Source: Promethearchaeota archaeon (GTDB lineage: Archaea; Asgardarchaeota; Hermodarchaeia; Hermodarchaeales; Hermodarchaeaceae). Taken from it: 64,000 nt of DNA. The notes beneath the pieces were generated by a model, which made no database searches, was not told the DNA's origin, and saw only the letters and a list, made by a program, of their open reading frames with translations. A program made the translations under genes and the position numbers. The DNA lies in NCBI GenBank assembly GCA_048938385.1, contig JBHLMG010000003.1, positions 1-64,000 of the forward strand. The letters are read 5' to 3'. Below are positions 45,986 through 56,468 of the stretch, in pieces. The first letter of the stretch is position 1. Every line of letters starts with the position of its first letter.

Positions 45986-47821
45986 ATGAACCTTGAAGAG
46001 GAATTGAAAGACTTACCTAACAAACCCGGAGTGTATCTACTGTACGATACGAACAACACTGTCATCTATGTCGGGAAAGCTTCCTCCCTGAAAAAACGCG
46101 TTCCCTCCCACTTCCGCGGTATCGACCGTGGGAACATCTTTTCACCCATCGGTCAGGAAGCCGTAGACCTCGAATATTTGGTAACAGCTAATGAATCCGA
46201 AGCCTTAGTCCTTGAGGATAACCTCATCAAACGCCACAAACCCCGCTATAACATCCGCCTCAAAGATGACAAAAGTTTCCCTTTTGTCCGCATCACCCTT
46301 GCTGAAGACTTTCCGCGAGTAGAAAAAACCCGCGACCTCGTGCAAGACGGAAGTCGCTACATCGGACCCTATTCTAATGTGAAAGCCCTTGATGGACTGC
46401 TCAAATCCGTGAACCGAGTTGTGCCAATCGCTAGTTGTTCTCCTCTGATTGTGATTGGAAAGCGAAAACGCCCCTGCCTCAAATACGATATTGGGCGATG
46501 TCCTGCTCCCTGCATGGGGAAAATCAGCAAAGAAGAATACGCAGAACTAGTCGATGAGTACACCCTCATGCTTATGGGGCGACACGACGAACTAGAAAGC
46601 TTGCTCACTGCGCTGATGCAAAAATCCGCGAAAAATCAACAGTACGAACGCGCTGCCCGATACCGGGATAGGTTACGTGCAGTGCAACGCGGACGCCAAG
46701 CCCAACGCGCTACCTTCTGGAATCAACTTCCCGGACATCGAGATGTCTTCGGGCTAGCCCGCATGGGACCAGACGCCCTTGTCCAACTCTTGGTCGTGCG
46801 TGAAGGACGGGTCGTGGGTCAACAGCCCTTTCCCTTGAGTGCTCCATCTGCACTATCTGACGAAAGTGTCCTAGAAGCCTTCCTGAAGCAATACTACATC
46901 AGAGCTACTGAAATTCCCGATGAAGTGATCTTACCGATACCCATTCCAGATATTCAATTCCTAGAAGAATGGTTAACGCTCCAACGCGAAGACGCTAAAC
47001 CTGTACAAATGGTTACCCCACCCGTAGATTCGCTTCAAAGTCTTGTGTCGATGGCAAATGAAAATGCCCAATTCCATCTCCATCAATTGGTTGAACGATT
47101 GGCAGCGGATGAAGGACGCCGCCATCGTGCTTACACGGAATTGGTCGAAACCCTCCATCTCCCACGAGAGCCTATCCGCATCGAAGCCTTCGATATATCA
47201 ACCTTACAAGGAACAGCCTCGGTTGGAGTCTGCGTTGTCTTTCTGGACGCCCTTCCAGCGAAAAAGGAGTATCGCCGGTTCAAAATTCGAGAAGTCGAGG
47301 GGCAGGATGATTTTGCCATGATGCGTGAAGTCGTTGAACGCCGGTACCGTCGCAGAATTGCTGACAAAGCCCCACTTCCTGACTTGATCCTCATTGATGG
47401 TGGTCCTGGGCAAGTCAGCATGGCAAAGAAAGCCTTAGAACCACTTGAAGGTCCAGACCTTGTTGTCATTGGATTAGCGAAAGGCGATCAAGACGCGCCA
47501 GATTCCGTGTATCTTCCCGGACAATCCCAACCTTTGCGGTTTCCTGGAGATAGTGAAGGTCTACGCCTGTTAATGCGAGTGCGCGACGAAGCTCACCGTT
47601 TCGCTATCGCTTACCACCGCAAACTTCGAACCAAACAAAGTTTACACTTGACGCTGACTGATATTCCAGGGGTAGGCAAACGACGCGCCACCTTGTTACT
47701 CGAGCACTTCCAAAGTATCCAACAACTCGCCAAAGCCTCTGTGGAAGAAATCACGGCGGTGCCCACTATCTCTCCTGCCCTCGCTGAAGAAATCATTGCC
47801 CACCTCACAGGGCGGGTCTAG
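45986..47821 (+). CDS. uvrC: Excinuclease ABC subunit C
   Basis: GIY-YIG (PGVY..YVGKA), UVR domain, EAFDIS, LIDGG.GQ, RDEAHRFA, HhH. Confidence 0.97.
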   Translation: MNLEEELKDLPNKPGVYLLYDTNNTVIYVGKASSLKKRVPSHFRGIDRGNIFSPIGQEAVDLEYLVTANESEALVLEDNLIKRHKPRYNIRLKDDKSFPFVRITLAEDFPRVEKTRDLVQDGSRYIGPYSNVKALDGLLKSVNRVVPIASCSPLIVIGKRKRPCLKYDIGRCPAPCMGKISKEEYAELVDEYTLMLMGRHDELESLLTALMQKSAKNQQYERAARYRDRLRAVQRGRQAQRATFWNQLPGHRDVFGLARMGPDALVQLLVVREGRVVGQQPFPLSAPSALSDESVLEAFLKQYYIRATEIPDEVILPIPIPDIQFLEEWLTLQREDAKPVQMVTPPVDSLQSLVSMANENAQFHLHQLVERLAADEGRRHRAYTELVETLHLPREPIRIEAFDISTLQGTASVGVCVVFLDALPAKKEYRRFKIREVEGQDDFAMMREVVERRYRRRIADKAPLPDLILIDGGPGQVSMAKKALEPLEGPDLVVIGLAKGDQDAPDSVYLPGQSQPLRFPGDSEGLRLLMRVRDEAHRFAIAYHRKLRTKQSLHLTLTDIPGVGKRRATLLLEHFQSIQQLAKASVEEITAVPTISPALAEEIIAHLTGRV

Positions 47822-47830
47822 CTGAAATGC

Positions 47831-48127
47831 TTACGCTGGCTTCTTCTGGTCTTGCTGGATGTCTCTTACCAAGAAATATACTCCCAGTATTGATGCAATC
47901 CAACTAGCTAATCCTGTAATCGCAAACGGTACCAATCCAAAGAAGTAACCGATAGGGATGGGTATTACGATAGTGATGATAATGAAAAATACCCAGAAAA
48001 CGGCGTCCCAACCCCACCTTGACACATCATAAGAATCAATCCATTCTTTATGACCTTCAGACCGTGCCATTAGATCTCTTGTCACAGGGTCCTGTCCTTT
48101 TTCTCTTTCATCTTTTCGACGAGTCAC
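47831..48127 (-). CDS. Small 2-TM membrane protein
   Basis: GGGAG upstream of GTG; two hydrophobic helices. Confidence 0.7.
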   Translation of the reverse strand: MTRRKDEREKGQDPVTRDLMARSEGHKEWIDSYDVSRWGWDAVFWVFFIIITIVIPIPIGYFFGLVPFAITGLASWIASILGVYFLVRDIQQDQKKPA

Positions 48128-48204
48128 AACTACTCCCTCAAGATTAACTAATATAGCCCGCGAATAAAAACGCTCTGAATTAAGGTCTTAATATTGAATG
48201 CTGT

Positions 48205-48732
48205 CTATTTGGTCGCTAGTTTCTGTTTTAAGAGGGGTATAGCTCCGCCCGCTGTGATATATTGGAGTAGGAAGTTGGGAACCTTGGTCACGGGATATTT
48301 CTGATTTGTACGGTTATTGGTTAGAATTCCCTCTACGAGATCCACCTCTATGATGTCTCCGTCTTGAACGAGACTAGGGGTCTCTGCAATGGCAGGGAAT
48401 TCTATGGCTGGAATGCCAAGATTGTAAGCATTCCGATAGAAAATTCGAGCAAAAGAGGCGGCGACGATTGCTCCAACTCCTAGGTGTTGAAGGACCGCAG
48501 GAGCTTCTTCCCGGCTAGATCCGATACCAAAATGCTTCTCCGCTACGATGATGTCGTTGTGTGTTACCTGTGTTGCGAACTCGGGTCGGATATTCTGAAA
48601 CGCGAAGGGGGTGAGTTCTTCAGTAGAAAGATGTGATAGGTGAATTCCTGAAATGATGTCATCTGTACTCACATTGGCTCCAAAGCGCCACGCTCTGCCT
48701 TTAATCTGAGTTGACATCGAAGGTTGCCTCAC
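48205..48732 (-). CDS. leuD: 3-isopropylmalate dehydratase/homoaconitase small subunit
   Basis: STDDII, FGIGSSRE, SFARIFYRNAYNLG, AGG; substrate specificity not resolved. Confidence 0.85.
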   Translation of the reverse strand: MRQPSMSTQIKGRAWRFGANVSTDDIISGIHLSHLSTEELTPFAFQNIRPEFATQVTHNDIIVAEKHFGIGSSREEAPAVLQHLGVGAIVAASFARIFYRNAYNLGIPAIEFPAIAETPSLVQDGDIIEVDLVEGILTNNRTNQKYPVTKVPNFLLQYITAGGAIPLLKQKLATK

Positions 48733-49985
48733 GAGGGTGGAGTTGTAATTTTCCCTTTGATGGCGCTAGCTGCCACAGTCGCTGGTGAAGCGAGGTATAT
48801 TTGGGCTTCAGGGCTACCCATACGCCCAGGGAAATTTCGATTCGTCGTACTTATACAGACTTCTCCTGCTGCTAGAACACCACAGTGCCCACCGAAACAT
48901 GCTCCACAGGTTGCAGGTCCAATCGTAGCACCTGCCCTGACAAGTGTGCCAATAATCCCCTCTTCTAAAGCGGTTTGATAGATAATGCGACTTGCTGGAT
49001 TCACAATGAAACGCACGCTTGGTGCCACCTGTTTTCCCTTCACGATTTGTGCTGCTATGCGGAGATCTTCTAGTCGTCCATTCGTGCACGAACCAAGAAA
49101 CGCCTGGTCAATAGGAATTCCTGCAACCTCTGTGACGGGGACGGCATTTGTTGGAAGTGAAGGTGTGGCTACTTGTGGTACCAGAGTCGCGAGGTCGACC
49201 TGGTAAGAGTCGTGATACGATGTTTTTTCATCAGGGTATACTGGTGAAAATGGGAGTCTAGTTCGAGCTTTCACAAAATCAAGCACTCGCGAATCAGGAG
49301 GGATCAATGCTGCCATGGCTCCAGCTTCCACAGCCATGTTCGTCAGCGTCATCCAGGCATCCAGGCTCAATTGCTTAAGACCCTCACCATGGTATTCTAT
49401 CGACTGAAAGGTTGCCCCTTCTACGCCAAGCTGAGCTAAAATGGAGAGGACGATGTCTTTTCCCATCACCATTTTAGGTAGTTTTCCAGTAATGGTGATT
49501 TTGAGAGATTCAGGAGCTCGGAACCACAGTTGCCCGGTGGCTAAGACAATCGCCATGTCTGTTGCACCGATTCCTACAGCTAGTGCTCCAAGGGCACCTG
49601 CTGTCAGTGTATGCGAATCGGTACCAACTACTAATTCACCAGGGCGTATGTGTCCTTCTTCGACGAGGACTTGGTGGCAGATGCCTTTGTTGACATCGTA
49701 GAAGTGGTCAATATGTTGTTCCTTGACGAAGCTGCGAACCAGCTGATGAATTGTTGCAGCCTCAATGGTGGGGGCAGGTGTCCAATGATCTAAAATCAGG
49801 ACCACTCGGTTCGGATTCCATACTGTTTTGAAACCCATGGCTTTGAGTTGTGGGAGGACTCGGGTCCCAAACATCTCGTGGGACATTGCCAAATCAATCG
49901 AGGCTTCCACGATCTCTCCAGGTTCTATTGTTTTTTCCTTTATATGGTTAAGCAAGATTTTTTCGGCCATCGTCTGCCCTGTCAT
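48729..49985 (-). CDS. leuC: 3-isopropylmalate dehydratase/homoaconitase large subunit
   Basis: DH, GICHQ, DSHT, GSCTNGR, CGACFG, TNRNF.GRMG, LASP. Confidence 0.88.
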   Translation of the reverse strand: MTGQTMAEKILLNHIKEKTIEPGEIVEASIDLAMSHEMFGTRVLPQLKAMGFKTVWNPNRVVLILDHWTPAPTIEAATIHQLVRSFVKEQHIDHFYDVNKGICHQVLVEEGHIRPGELVVGTDSHTLTAGALGALAVGIGATDMAIVLATGQLWFRAPESLKITITGKLPKMVMGKDIVLSILAQLGVEGATFQSIEYHGEGLKQLSLDAWMTLTNMAVEAGAMAALIPPDSRVLDFVKARTRLPFSPVYPDEKTSYHDSYQVDLATLVPQVATPSLPTNAVPVTEVAGIPIDQAFLGSCTNGRLEDLRIAAQIVKGKQVAPSVRFIVNPASRIIYQTALEEGIIGTLVRAGATIGPATCGACFGGHCGVLAAGEVCISTTNRNFPGRMGSPEAQIYLASPATVAASAIKGKITTPPS

Positions 49986-49992
49986 CGTCAGC

Positions 49993-51156
49993 TCACTGCT
50001 CCTTCAACTTCTCACGAAGAGCCTTAACAATTGCTGTGCTCACTTGCTTTGTGGTGGCGGGTTTAATTCTAGCGTATGCCCCTACGCATAAATCATTAGT
50101 TCTTTTCTGTCCGCCCTGGAGAATAGTTTGGACCGCTTCTTCAATGAATGATGCCGCGTTCACTGCTGTCGAGTCATTGAACCGTTTCCCTAACCACTCA
50201 AGGAGCATTTTTCCAGCGAGAATCGCCGCAATTGGGTTGGCTCGGCGTTTCCCAGCAAGACGGGGAGCAGACCCGTGGATCGGTTCAAACATGGCATGAT
50301 TATCACCGATGTTCCCCCCTGCTGCCATGCCCATACCTCCTTGAATAGCAGCACCTAAATCCGAGATGATATCACCATACAAGTTCGGTGTTACAATTAC
50401 ATTATAGAATTCAGGTCTTCGTAGGCACCACATTGTCCATGCGTCCACATATGCGTAATCGGGTTCGATGTTTATATGGCGTTGTACCTGTTCAGTGAAA
50501 ATGCGACGAAAAAGTTGGTCTCCTAATAATACATTGCTTTTATCAACACAAGTCAAACGGCGTTTGCCATCACTAGGAGCACCTTTCTTCCGTTGCTGAA
50601 CCAGTGAAAGAGCGTACCTAATCACACGCTCTGCACCTACCCGGGAGATTGGACGAACATCGATTGCTAGTTCATCAGGTTCGTTTTCAGCATAGTGTTT
50701 GCCAATCCCTGCGTAGAGACCTTCCGTGTTTTCTCGTACAATAACGAAATCGATGTCGTCTGGAGTTTTATTTGCCAAAGGTGTTGGCACACCTTGATAG
50801 AGCTTCACTGGACGCACATTCGCGTAGAGCTCCAGTTCTCGACGCTGTCCTAAGACCACCGCTGCACCAGCGAGTTGCCCATCTTCTCGACGAACGACCT
50901 CTCCTGGGGTTTTTTCCCATCCAACTGCTCCGAGTAGGATTGCATCTGCTTCTTGACGGGCAAAGACCTCGGCTTCCCCTGACCATTCGCATCCTGTTTC
51001 TAGGTAGTATTTCCCTCCACAGGGAAATTCATAGAATGCGAGTTCGAGCCCGGCAGTTTCGGTGGATACGGTTTTGAGTACTTGCACTGCTTCATGAATC
51101 ACTTCAGGTCCAATCCCATCACCGGGAAGGACTTGGATTTTGTAGGTGCGTGCCAC
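49993..51156 (-). CDS. leuB: Isopropylmalate/isocitrate-family dehydrogenase
   Basis: PGDGIGPEV, YANVRP, RENTEGLY, DKSNVL, NLYGDIISD, EPIHGSAP. Confidence 0.85.
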   Translation of the reverse strand: MARTYKIQVLPGDGIGPEVIHEAVQVLKTVSTETAGLELAFYEFPCGGKYYLETGCEWSGEAEVFARQEADAILLGAVGWEKTPGEVVRREDGQLAGAAVVLGQRRELELYANVRPVKLYQGVPTPLANKTPDDIDFVIVRENTEGLYAGIGKHYAENEPDELAIDVRPISRVGAERVIRYALSLVQQRKKGAPSDGKRRLTCVDKSNVLLGDQLFRRIFTEQVQRHINIEPDYAYVDAWTMWCLRRPEFYNVIVTPNLYGDIISDLGAAIQGGMGMAAGGNIGDNHAMFEPIHGSAPRLAGKRRANPIAAILAGKMLLEWLGKRFNDSTAVNAASFIEEAVQTILQGGQKRTNDLCVGAYARIKPATTKQVSTAIVKALREKLKEQ

Positions 51157-51282
51157 AGTGATCCGTCCGTTAATCCTTTCTGTTCTAGGCTAACCAGGTA
51201 CTTAACCCCCCTATTACTTCTATCCTCTCATCCACTACTTGATTGAAGAATATGAATCAAAGAATAGAGTAAGATTAGATGA

Positions 51283-52500
51283 TTACTCGAGTGCTTCTTC
51301 AACGAATTGAATCAGATCAACCATTTTAAGTTTAGATTCGGTCTTCTCTATTGCTAGTTGCAGGCTTGTCTCACAGAAGGGACATGCACTGACAAGATGG
51401 GTAGCTCCGGTTTCTTCGGCTTCTTTGATGCGCTCAATGGAAGTATCAAGTGTCCAATCTGGGAACTGAGCACGGGCGCCACCTCCGGCTCCACAGCACC
51501 AGCTGTTCTCGCGATTTCGAGGCATTTCAATGAAGTTATCGCCGAGAAGCGTTTCGAGAATGGTTCGGGGCACTTCAAACCAAGCGGCTTTTTCTTTACG
51601 GTTCTTAATGAGTTCACCGACATGGCGACCATAGTGGCAGGGGTCATGATAGGTAGCTTTGATGCCCTTCAGGGGTTTCAGCTTGGCTCTACCAGCTTCG
51701 AGTAGTTCAGCAACATAGTTGACGCTGTGCTTAACTTCAAAGGGCAAGGGACCGTAGTATTTTGGCCAGTCCCGTTTCATTGTCCGGAAGCAACCCGCAC
51801 ACGATGAGACGACAATCTTTGCTCCCGCATCCTTGAACATCTCAACATTATGCTTCACGTAATCCTTGACTAAATCTAGCTTACCGACACGGATTAATGG
51901 AGAACAGCAACAATACTCATCTGGTTTGACTGTGACATCTGCTCCAAGTTTCTTCATTACATTTAGCGTCGATACGGCGAGTTCTTGAAGACGATATGAA
52001 GCTGTACAGCCAACAAAATATACGACATCGCCCTTCTCCTTTAAGGTGAACTCCTTTGGTATCCAATCGGTCCGACAAGCGTGTTCTTCGTTGTATGGAT
52101 TCCGTTTTACCTCTGTCGCCTTAGAATAACCAATCTGTTTGTCGAGGGGACCAACACCAGCTTTTACGGCTTCTGCACGCATCGCCTCGATGATATCGAC
52201 AGTGGGTAACTCGTTTTCGCATTGTGATTCGCAATTTCCACAAGTTGAGCAGCGGTAGAGAAGGTCAGCTGCGTCTTTATTGATTTTGTAGTTGCCATTA
52301 AGGATGGCACGCGCGAGCCACATTTTCGCGCCACCACTATAAGCTTCCCATTCCATGGCCTCCCAGGCGGGGCATCCGGTTTTGAAGCCACCTTTAGGGT
52401 TAGCAGCGTCAGCAATGGTGCAAGCTTTACAATGGATACACCGGGCAATTTCGAGTTCGAAATCCTTAAGGTCTGTTTTCGGTTTCTCGGGTTCAGTCAT
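51283..52500 (-). CDS. Fe-S oxidoreductase (GlpC/GlcF/HdrD family; ferredoxin plus two CCG domains)
   Basis: CIHCKAC, CSTCGNCESQC, YCCCSP, YHDPCHYGR, CCGAGGG, ACPFC. Confidence 0.9.
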   Translation of the reverse strand: MTEPEKPKTDLKDFELEIARCIHCKACTIADAANPKGGFKTGCPAWEAMEWEAYSGGAKMWLARAILNGNYKINKDAADLLYRCSTCGNCESQCENELPTVDIIEAMRAEAVKAGVGPLDKQIGYSKATEVKRNPYNEEHACRTDWIPKEFTLKEKGDVVYFVGCTASYRLQELAVSTLNVMKKLGADVTVKPDEYCCCSPLIRVGKLDLVKDYVKHNVEMFKDAGAKIVVSSCAGCFRTMKRDWPKYYGPLPFEVKHSVNYVAELLEAGRAKLKPLKGIKATYHDPCHYGRHVGELIKNRKEKAAWFEVPRTILETLLGDNFIEMPRNRENSWCCGAGGGARAQFPDWTLDTSIERIKEAEETGATHLVSACPFCETSLQLAIEKTESKLKMVDLIQFVEEALE

Positions 52501-52613
52501 TGACCAAAATCCTCCAATGGGTGCAGGCGTATTCTTGGTCTTCAGAGACGCTAATGCCTTTTACCCTTTGCCTTTTTTCAAAAAATTCTCTGCGACTAAT
52601 TGTATTTCCAGAG

Positions 52614-52916
52614 TTATTTTGTATTTTCTGGATGGAAGAGTCGGCTGAATCCAGGATAGGCTTTGAGGGGAATGAGATCGAAAATAATGAGTCCCGCTTT
52701 TACGAAGGGTAACTTGCTTAGGTGTTTTCGTGCAGTTGGGATGTCTTCGCATTCGAGGATCAACACGGCTTCTTGGCGATCGGCACGAAAATAGAGTTCT
52801 CGGATAATTCCGGCTTGATAAAGCTCCCAGATCTTTCGGACTTCTGTTTGAAGATGAGGAGTAAAGGCTTCAGCTTCAATCCCTGGGATTTCTCTTTCTA
52901 ATGCAATTATCTTCAT
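52614..52916 (-). CDS. Muconolactone isomerase/YCII-like small protein
   Basis: E...WELYQAGIIRELYFRADR..AVLILEC..LPFVKAGLI.FDLIPL.AYPGF; start at MKIIALE. Confidence 0.7.
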   Translation of the reverse strand: MKIIALEREIPGIEAEAFTPHLQTEVRKIWELYQAGIIRELYFRADRQEAVLILECEDIPTARKHLSKLPFVKAGLIIFDLIPLKAYPGFSRLFHPENTK

Positions 52917-53091
52917 ACAATCACATCGTTCTTGGTTAGTCGCTGCTAAAAGCTTGTTATCGCACAGGTTTACCCATAGTTGTAGGCTTAGCAGGGATAA
53001 GAGATTTCTGGACTCAATTTGCATACTTGCATAGAACTAATCTCTTGTGGGTTGTTCTGTACTTTTTTCTTCTTAGAACTTTCTTGTGCTC

Positions 53092-53571
53092 CTAGTACCA
53101 TCCAGTGTGGGCGCCACAGGTGTGGCAATATTGGTCCCATCGGTCTAAGTCCACGCCACAATTAACGCATTTCTTGGTACGGGCTGTTGTAACGGGCATA
53201 GCATATAGCGGTCGGTACTGTGGTGGGGGATTATACATGTGTTGTTGATAACCTACTCGCATCCGGCGGTAAGGGTCAAAATCAGCCGTGAGCGCTCCCG
53301 CTATAATGAGGCACACTCCGCCAATATAAAAGATGAAAATTAAGCTGAAAACACCGGAGATGATGAGCAGTGTCCCTGCTGGGCCATGCTTCCCTCGGCT
53401 AATGTCACGGTACGCAACGATTGGCAAGATGAAACCTAACAGGATCCAGATGGCACCAAAGAACATTAAGAAGGGGGCGAAAATGATTAGCATACCCATG
53501 AAGAACAGGACGAATACATTGTAGACGGTTCCAATGATTGTTAAGGCTCGCGCCGTATCCACGGTTCCCAT
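53092..53571 (-). CDS. Membrane protein with C-terminal zinc ribbon
   Basis: About 4 TM, Pro/Tyr/Gln linker, CVNCG..YCHTCG. Confidence 0.8.
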   Translation of the reverse strand: MGTVDTARALTIIGTVYNVFVLFFMGMLIIFAPFLMFFGAIWILLGFILPIVAYRDISRGKHGPAGTLLIISGVFSLIFIFYIGGVCLIIAGALTADFDPYRRMRVGYQQHMYNPPPQYRPLYAMPVTTARTKKCVNCGVDLDRWDQYCHTCGAHTGWY

Positions 53572-53684
53572 TTTAATCTTAAACCAAACCTCTGCTAGGA
53601 CAGAATTTGTCCGAGTACTAGCGCTTAGGACGCGTTGATAAATCTTTGGAAACTGACACTACCAAAAGCCAGAGCTAGTAGAGT

Positions 53685-55154
53685 TTACACACCAAGTCGC
53701 CCGGGATGCATAATGCGGTTGGGGTCCCATAGGTCCTTGAGCTCTTTGAGCATCTTAACATACTCGGGCATCAAAGGCTTCATTGCAGGCCAATGGATGA
53801 AAGCGTTTGGTCGATAATTCATCCATCCTTTCTTATGTGCAATCTCAGTGAAGTATTTGTCCCAGGCCTCCGCCTGCTCATAACCTTTCTCAGTGCGGCT
53901 ATCAAAGGTGATGATCGGCATTGAAATGCACTGGCGACCATGCTCGATACTGGCTATCCATTGCACTGGTGGAATGTCGAATTTCTCCATGGTTTCAACG
54001 GATATGCGAGAGATTTCAGCGCAGTCCTTCCATGGGCAATACCAAGTGATAAACACGAAGCCTGCTCGATGCATGGCGTAGGGCACTGCAATTAGATTGG
54101 GCTTTGTAAGTCTTACTTCCTTTGCCCGCGGGTGAAGCTCCATCGTTTCAGCTTTGCCTCCCGCCTCCCGGATTATCTTAGCTTCATCCTCGATGATTTC
54201 GATTTGAGCCTGCATTTCCTTTTCTGTGTGAGCCCAGAGTTCATAGTTCATGAGCCATTCTGGGATGTAGTATTTTTGTTTACGCCATTCTTCGAGGGTT
54301 TTAGGAACCTCCCGTTCGTCTCTACGGCTGGGAACTAACCACCAGTTACCCCCCTGCACCATGACTCCGACTTCCTTTTTGAGAACAGCCATAGAATGAT
54401 TCTGCATATCCTCTGGAGTGTCATAATCGTAAGCAACCAAATCGATGTAAGGTGGATGGGGGATGATCCGGATCGCCGCTTTAGTGACGACTCCCATAGT
54501 GCCTTGAGCACCAAGGAAAAGACCAGTAAAATCGGGTCCAGGTCCCCAGGGATAAAAGGGTTTGAAGCCTTTCAGTGCCCAACTCCCAGTGTAGATAATG
54601 TCGCCCCGAGGAAGGATAACTTCTAAACCGTTAATCATCCGTCCTTGGGGTCCGTATTTGCTGGTAACCAAGCTAAACCCGCGTTCTAAGGCGTCTCCGA
54701 TAAGAGTGGCTCGGGGTGGGGCACCGTCAGGAACGGGAGGTGCCCACTCGGGATGTTCTTTGCGGAAGTAAGCCCAGACCTGTCCGGCGGTGACGCCGGG
54801 CTCAACGACTACATAGCGGGCATCGATATCAACTTCGAGAATATTGTTCAAGCGGACCATATCTAAAATGATGCCCTTGGGTTCAAGGGGCTGTGCATAT
54901 CCACCACTTAAGCCTCCGGAATACGGGCTAACGGGAATCTTGTATTTGTTACATAGTTTGACTATAGTTTGGGTTTCTTTTGTATTGCCAGGCTTAACGA
55001 TAGCCTCAGCGACAGCCGCACGAATGCCCATAACGGATCTAGCCATGTAGCTGTGCCGCATAGCAAGGTTCGTGGTAATGTGATCAGAACCAACTATCTT
55101 TGTGGCTTCCTCAACGAATTTTTCAATATTACCAGCCAAACTGGACGCCTCCAA
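53685..55154 (-). CDS. FAD-binding oxidoreductase (GlcD/VAO-PCMH family)
   Basis: VEPGVT, GLEVILPRG, GAQGTMGVVTK, DPNRIMHPG. Probable TTG start at 55139. Confidence 0.9.
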   Translation of the reverse strand: MEASSLAGNIEKFVEEATKIVGSDHITTNLAMRHSYMARSVMGIRAAVAEAIVKPGNTKETQTIVKLCNKYKIPVSPYSGGLSGGYAQPLEPKGIILDMVRLNNILEVDIDARYVVVEPGVTAGQVWAYFRKEHPEWAPPVPDGAPPRATLIGDALERGFSLVTSKYGPQGRMINGLEVILPRGDIIYTGSWALKGFKPFYPWGPGPDFTGLFLGAQGTMGVVTKAAIRIIPHPPYIDLVAYDYDTPEDMQNHSMAVLKKEVGVMVQGGNWWLVPSRRDEREVPKTLEEWRKQKYYIPEWLMNYELWAHTEKEMQAQIEIIEDEAKIIREAGGKAETMELHPRAKEVRLTKPNLIAVPYAMHRAGFVFITWYCPWKDCAEISRISVETMEKFDIPPVQWIASIEHGRQCISMPIITFDSRTEKGYEQAEAWDKYFTEIAHKKGWMNYRPNAFIHWPAMKPLMPEYVKMLKELKDLWDPNRIMHPGRLGV

Positions 55155-55207
55155 TGAAACGAATCGTTTATCGTAAGCACCACAACGTGACCGCCACTAC
55201 ATAAGCC

Positions 55208-55522
55208 TTACAGATGGTTAAATTCCTTAACATAACTCATTTTGAGGAAATCTATTCGATCCGTAGAAGATCGGTGGAATTCATCAATTTGCGACTCCAA
55301 GGGGAGAGCTTCTAGGTCCTCATCGGAAGGTTTAGTGAGATTGCTTGGAAACAAATCAGAGTTTTGTGCAAGGTCTTTGAATGAAAGGCGAAACTGGTCG
55401 GCTAATTCTGCCTCCTTACATTTAATGGGATCCGGGTGCAGGAAGCTGTCGCACTCTGGAAAGCGGTAACCCTTACTAGGTTGAACATGTTTTCCACAGC
55501 TGGGGCAATTGATTGGTTCTAA
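55208..55522 (-). pseudogene. Start-less open frame with a degenerate zinc ribbon (not in the ORF track)
   Basis: 104 open codons LEPINCPSCGKHVQPSKGYRFPECDS...; GGAGG precedes TTA rather than a start codon. Confidence 0.4.
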
Positions 55523-55691
55523 AGAAGCCCTCCAACAAAGAAACTCAAGGAAATTAACGCCGATAAGGATTCATTTTTTGTGAAGTATTTTGTAAGGGGT
55601 TTCCATTAGGGCTCTTTCTCCCCAACGAGGACTTCTTGGATGGGTAAAGTAGAAAGAGACCCCAAGATTAGCATTAATCAAAGAACTCAAG

Positions 55692-56135
55692 TTATCTTAA
55701 GAAAACCAAAAATTGCCACCTATTATAAAGGATCCAACTATTTCCTGTTATCACACCTGCTCGGAGAGAAACATGATTTGTAATGTTCCAGTGGTACTCG
55801 ATAAACAAAACCGCTATAGGAATAAAACCACCGTAGTGCAGAGTCAGGTTTTCCTTCTGCCCATCGTTAAAGGTAATTAGGAAATGAGCTGTACTAGGTG
55901 CATCTGTGAGATTACCATAATCATAGGTGGAACCAAGGAAAGTAAAATTTACCGAATGGAATATTACCGAATAGGATTGGTTTTCGTTTGTTCCGAAGGG
56001 TGCACTGATAAAGCATAATCCTCCTAACGCAGGGATCCAAACAATTCCAAGCAATTGTCCACTGATTAGACCTAGTATAAGAACTATTGCTACAACAAGA
56101 AGCAATATCTTTGTTAATGACCGCTTCCCAATCAT
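55692..56135 (-). CDS. Hypothetical exported/membrane-anchored protein
   Basis: N-terminal hydrophobic helix; several N-x-S/T sequons. Confidence 0.65.
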   Translation of the reverse strand: MIGKRSLTKILLLVVAIVLILGLISGQLLGIVWIPALGGLCFISAPFGTNENQSYSVIFHSVNFTFLGSTYDYGNLTDAPSTAHFLITFNDGQKENLTLHYGGFIPIAVLFIEYHWNITNHVSLRAGVITGNSWILYNRWQFLVFLR

Positions 56136-56468
56136 ACTGGTTCCCCTAATCTGTAATGTTGTGCTAACGACTTTTTCAAACAGCTATATAGCTATTTTTT
56201 TTAAGGAAATCTACTCAGCTTTTTAGGTTAAATGAAGTGATTCCCTCCTTTGACAACTTATTTTGGTGTAGTGAGGAGCCAATCATGTATAAGTCATCTT
56301 TCTAGCACTTTTCATGGGGGGGACGATTACCAAAATTCTGAGTTTTCATTTTTTTCTGAATTCTAGTTGCTTGGACCAACGGCAGGATGTACTTAACCGT
56401 ATCGACTTATGTTAGGTATTTTCATCATAACGATTACACTCGTTGCGGAAAACCATTCTAGAAAAAGA

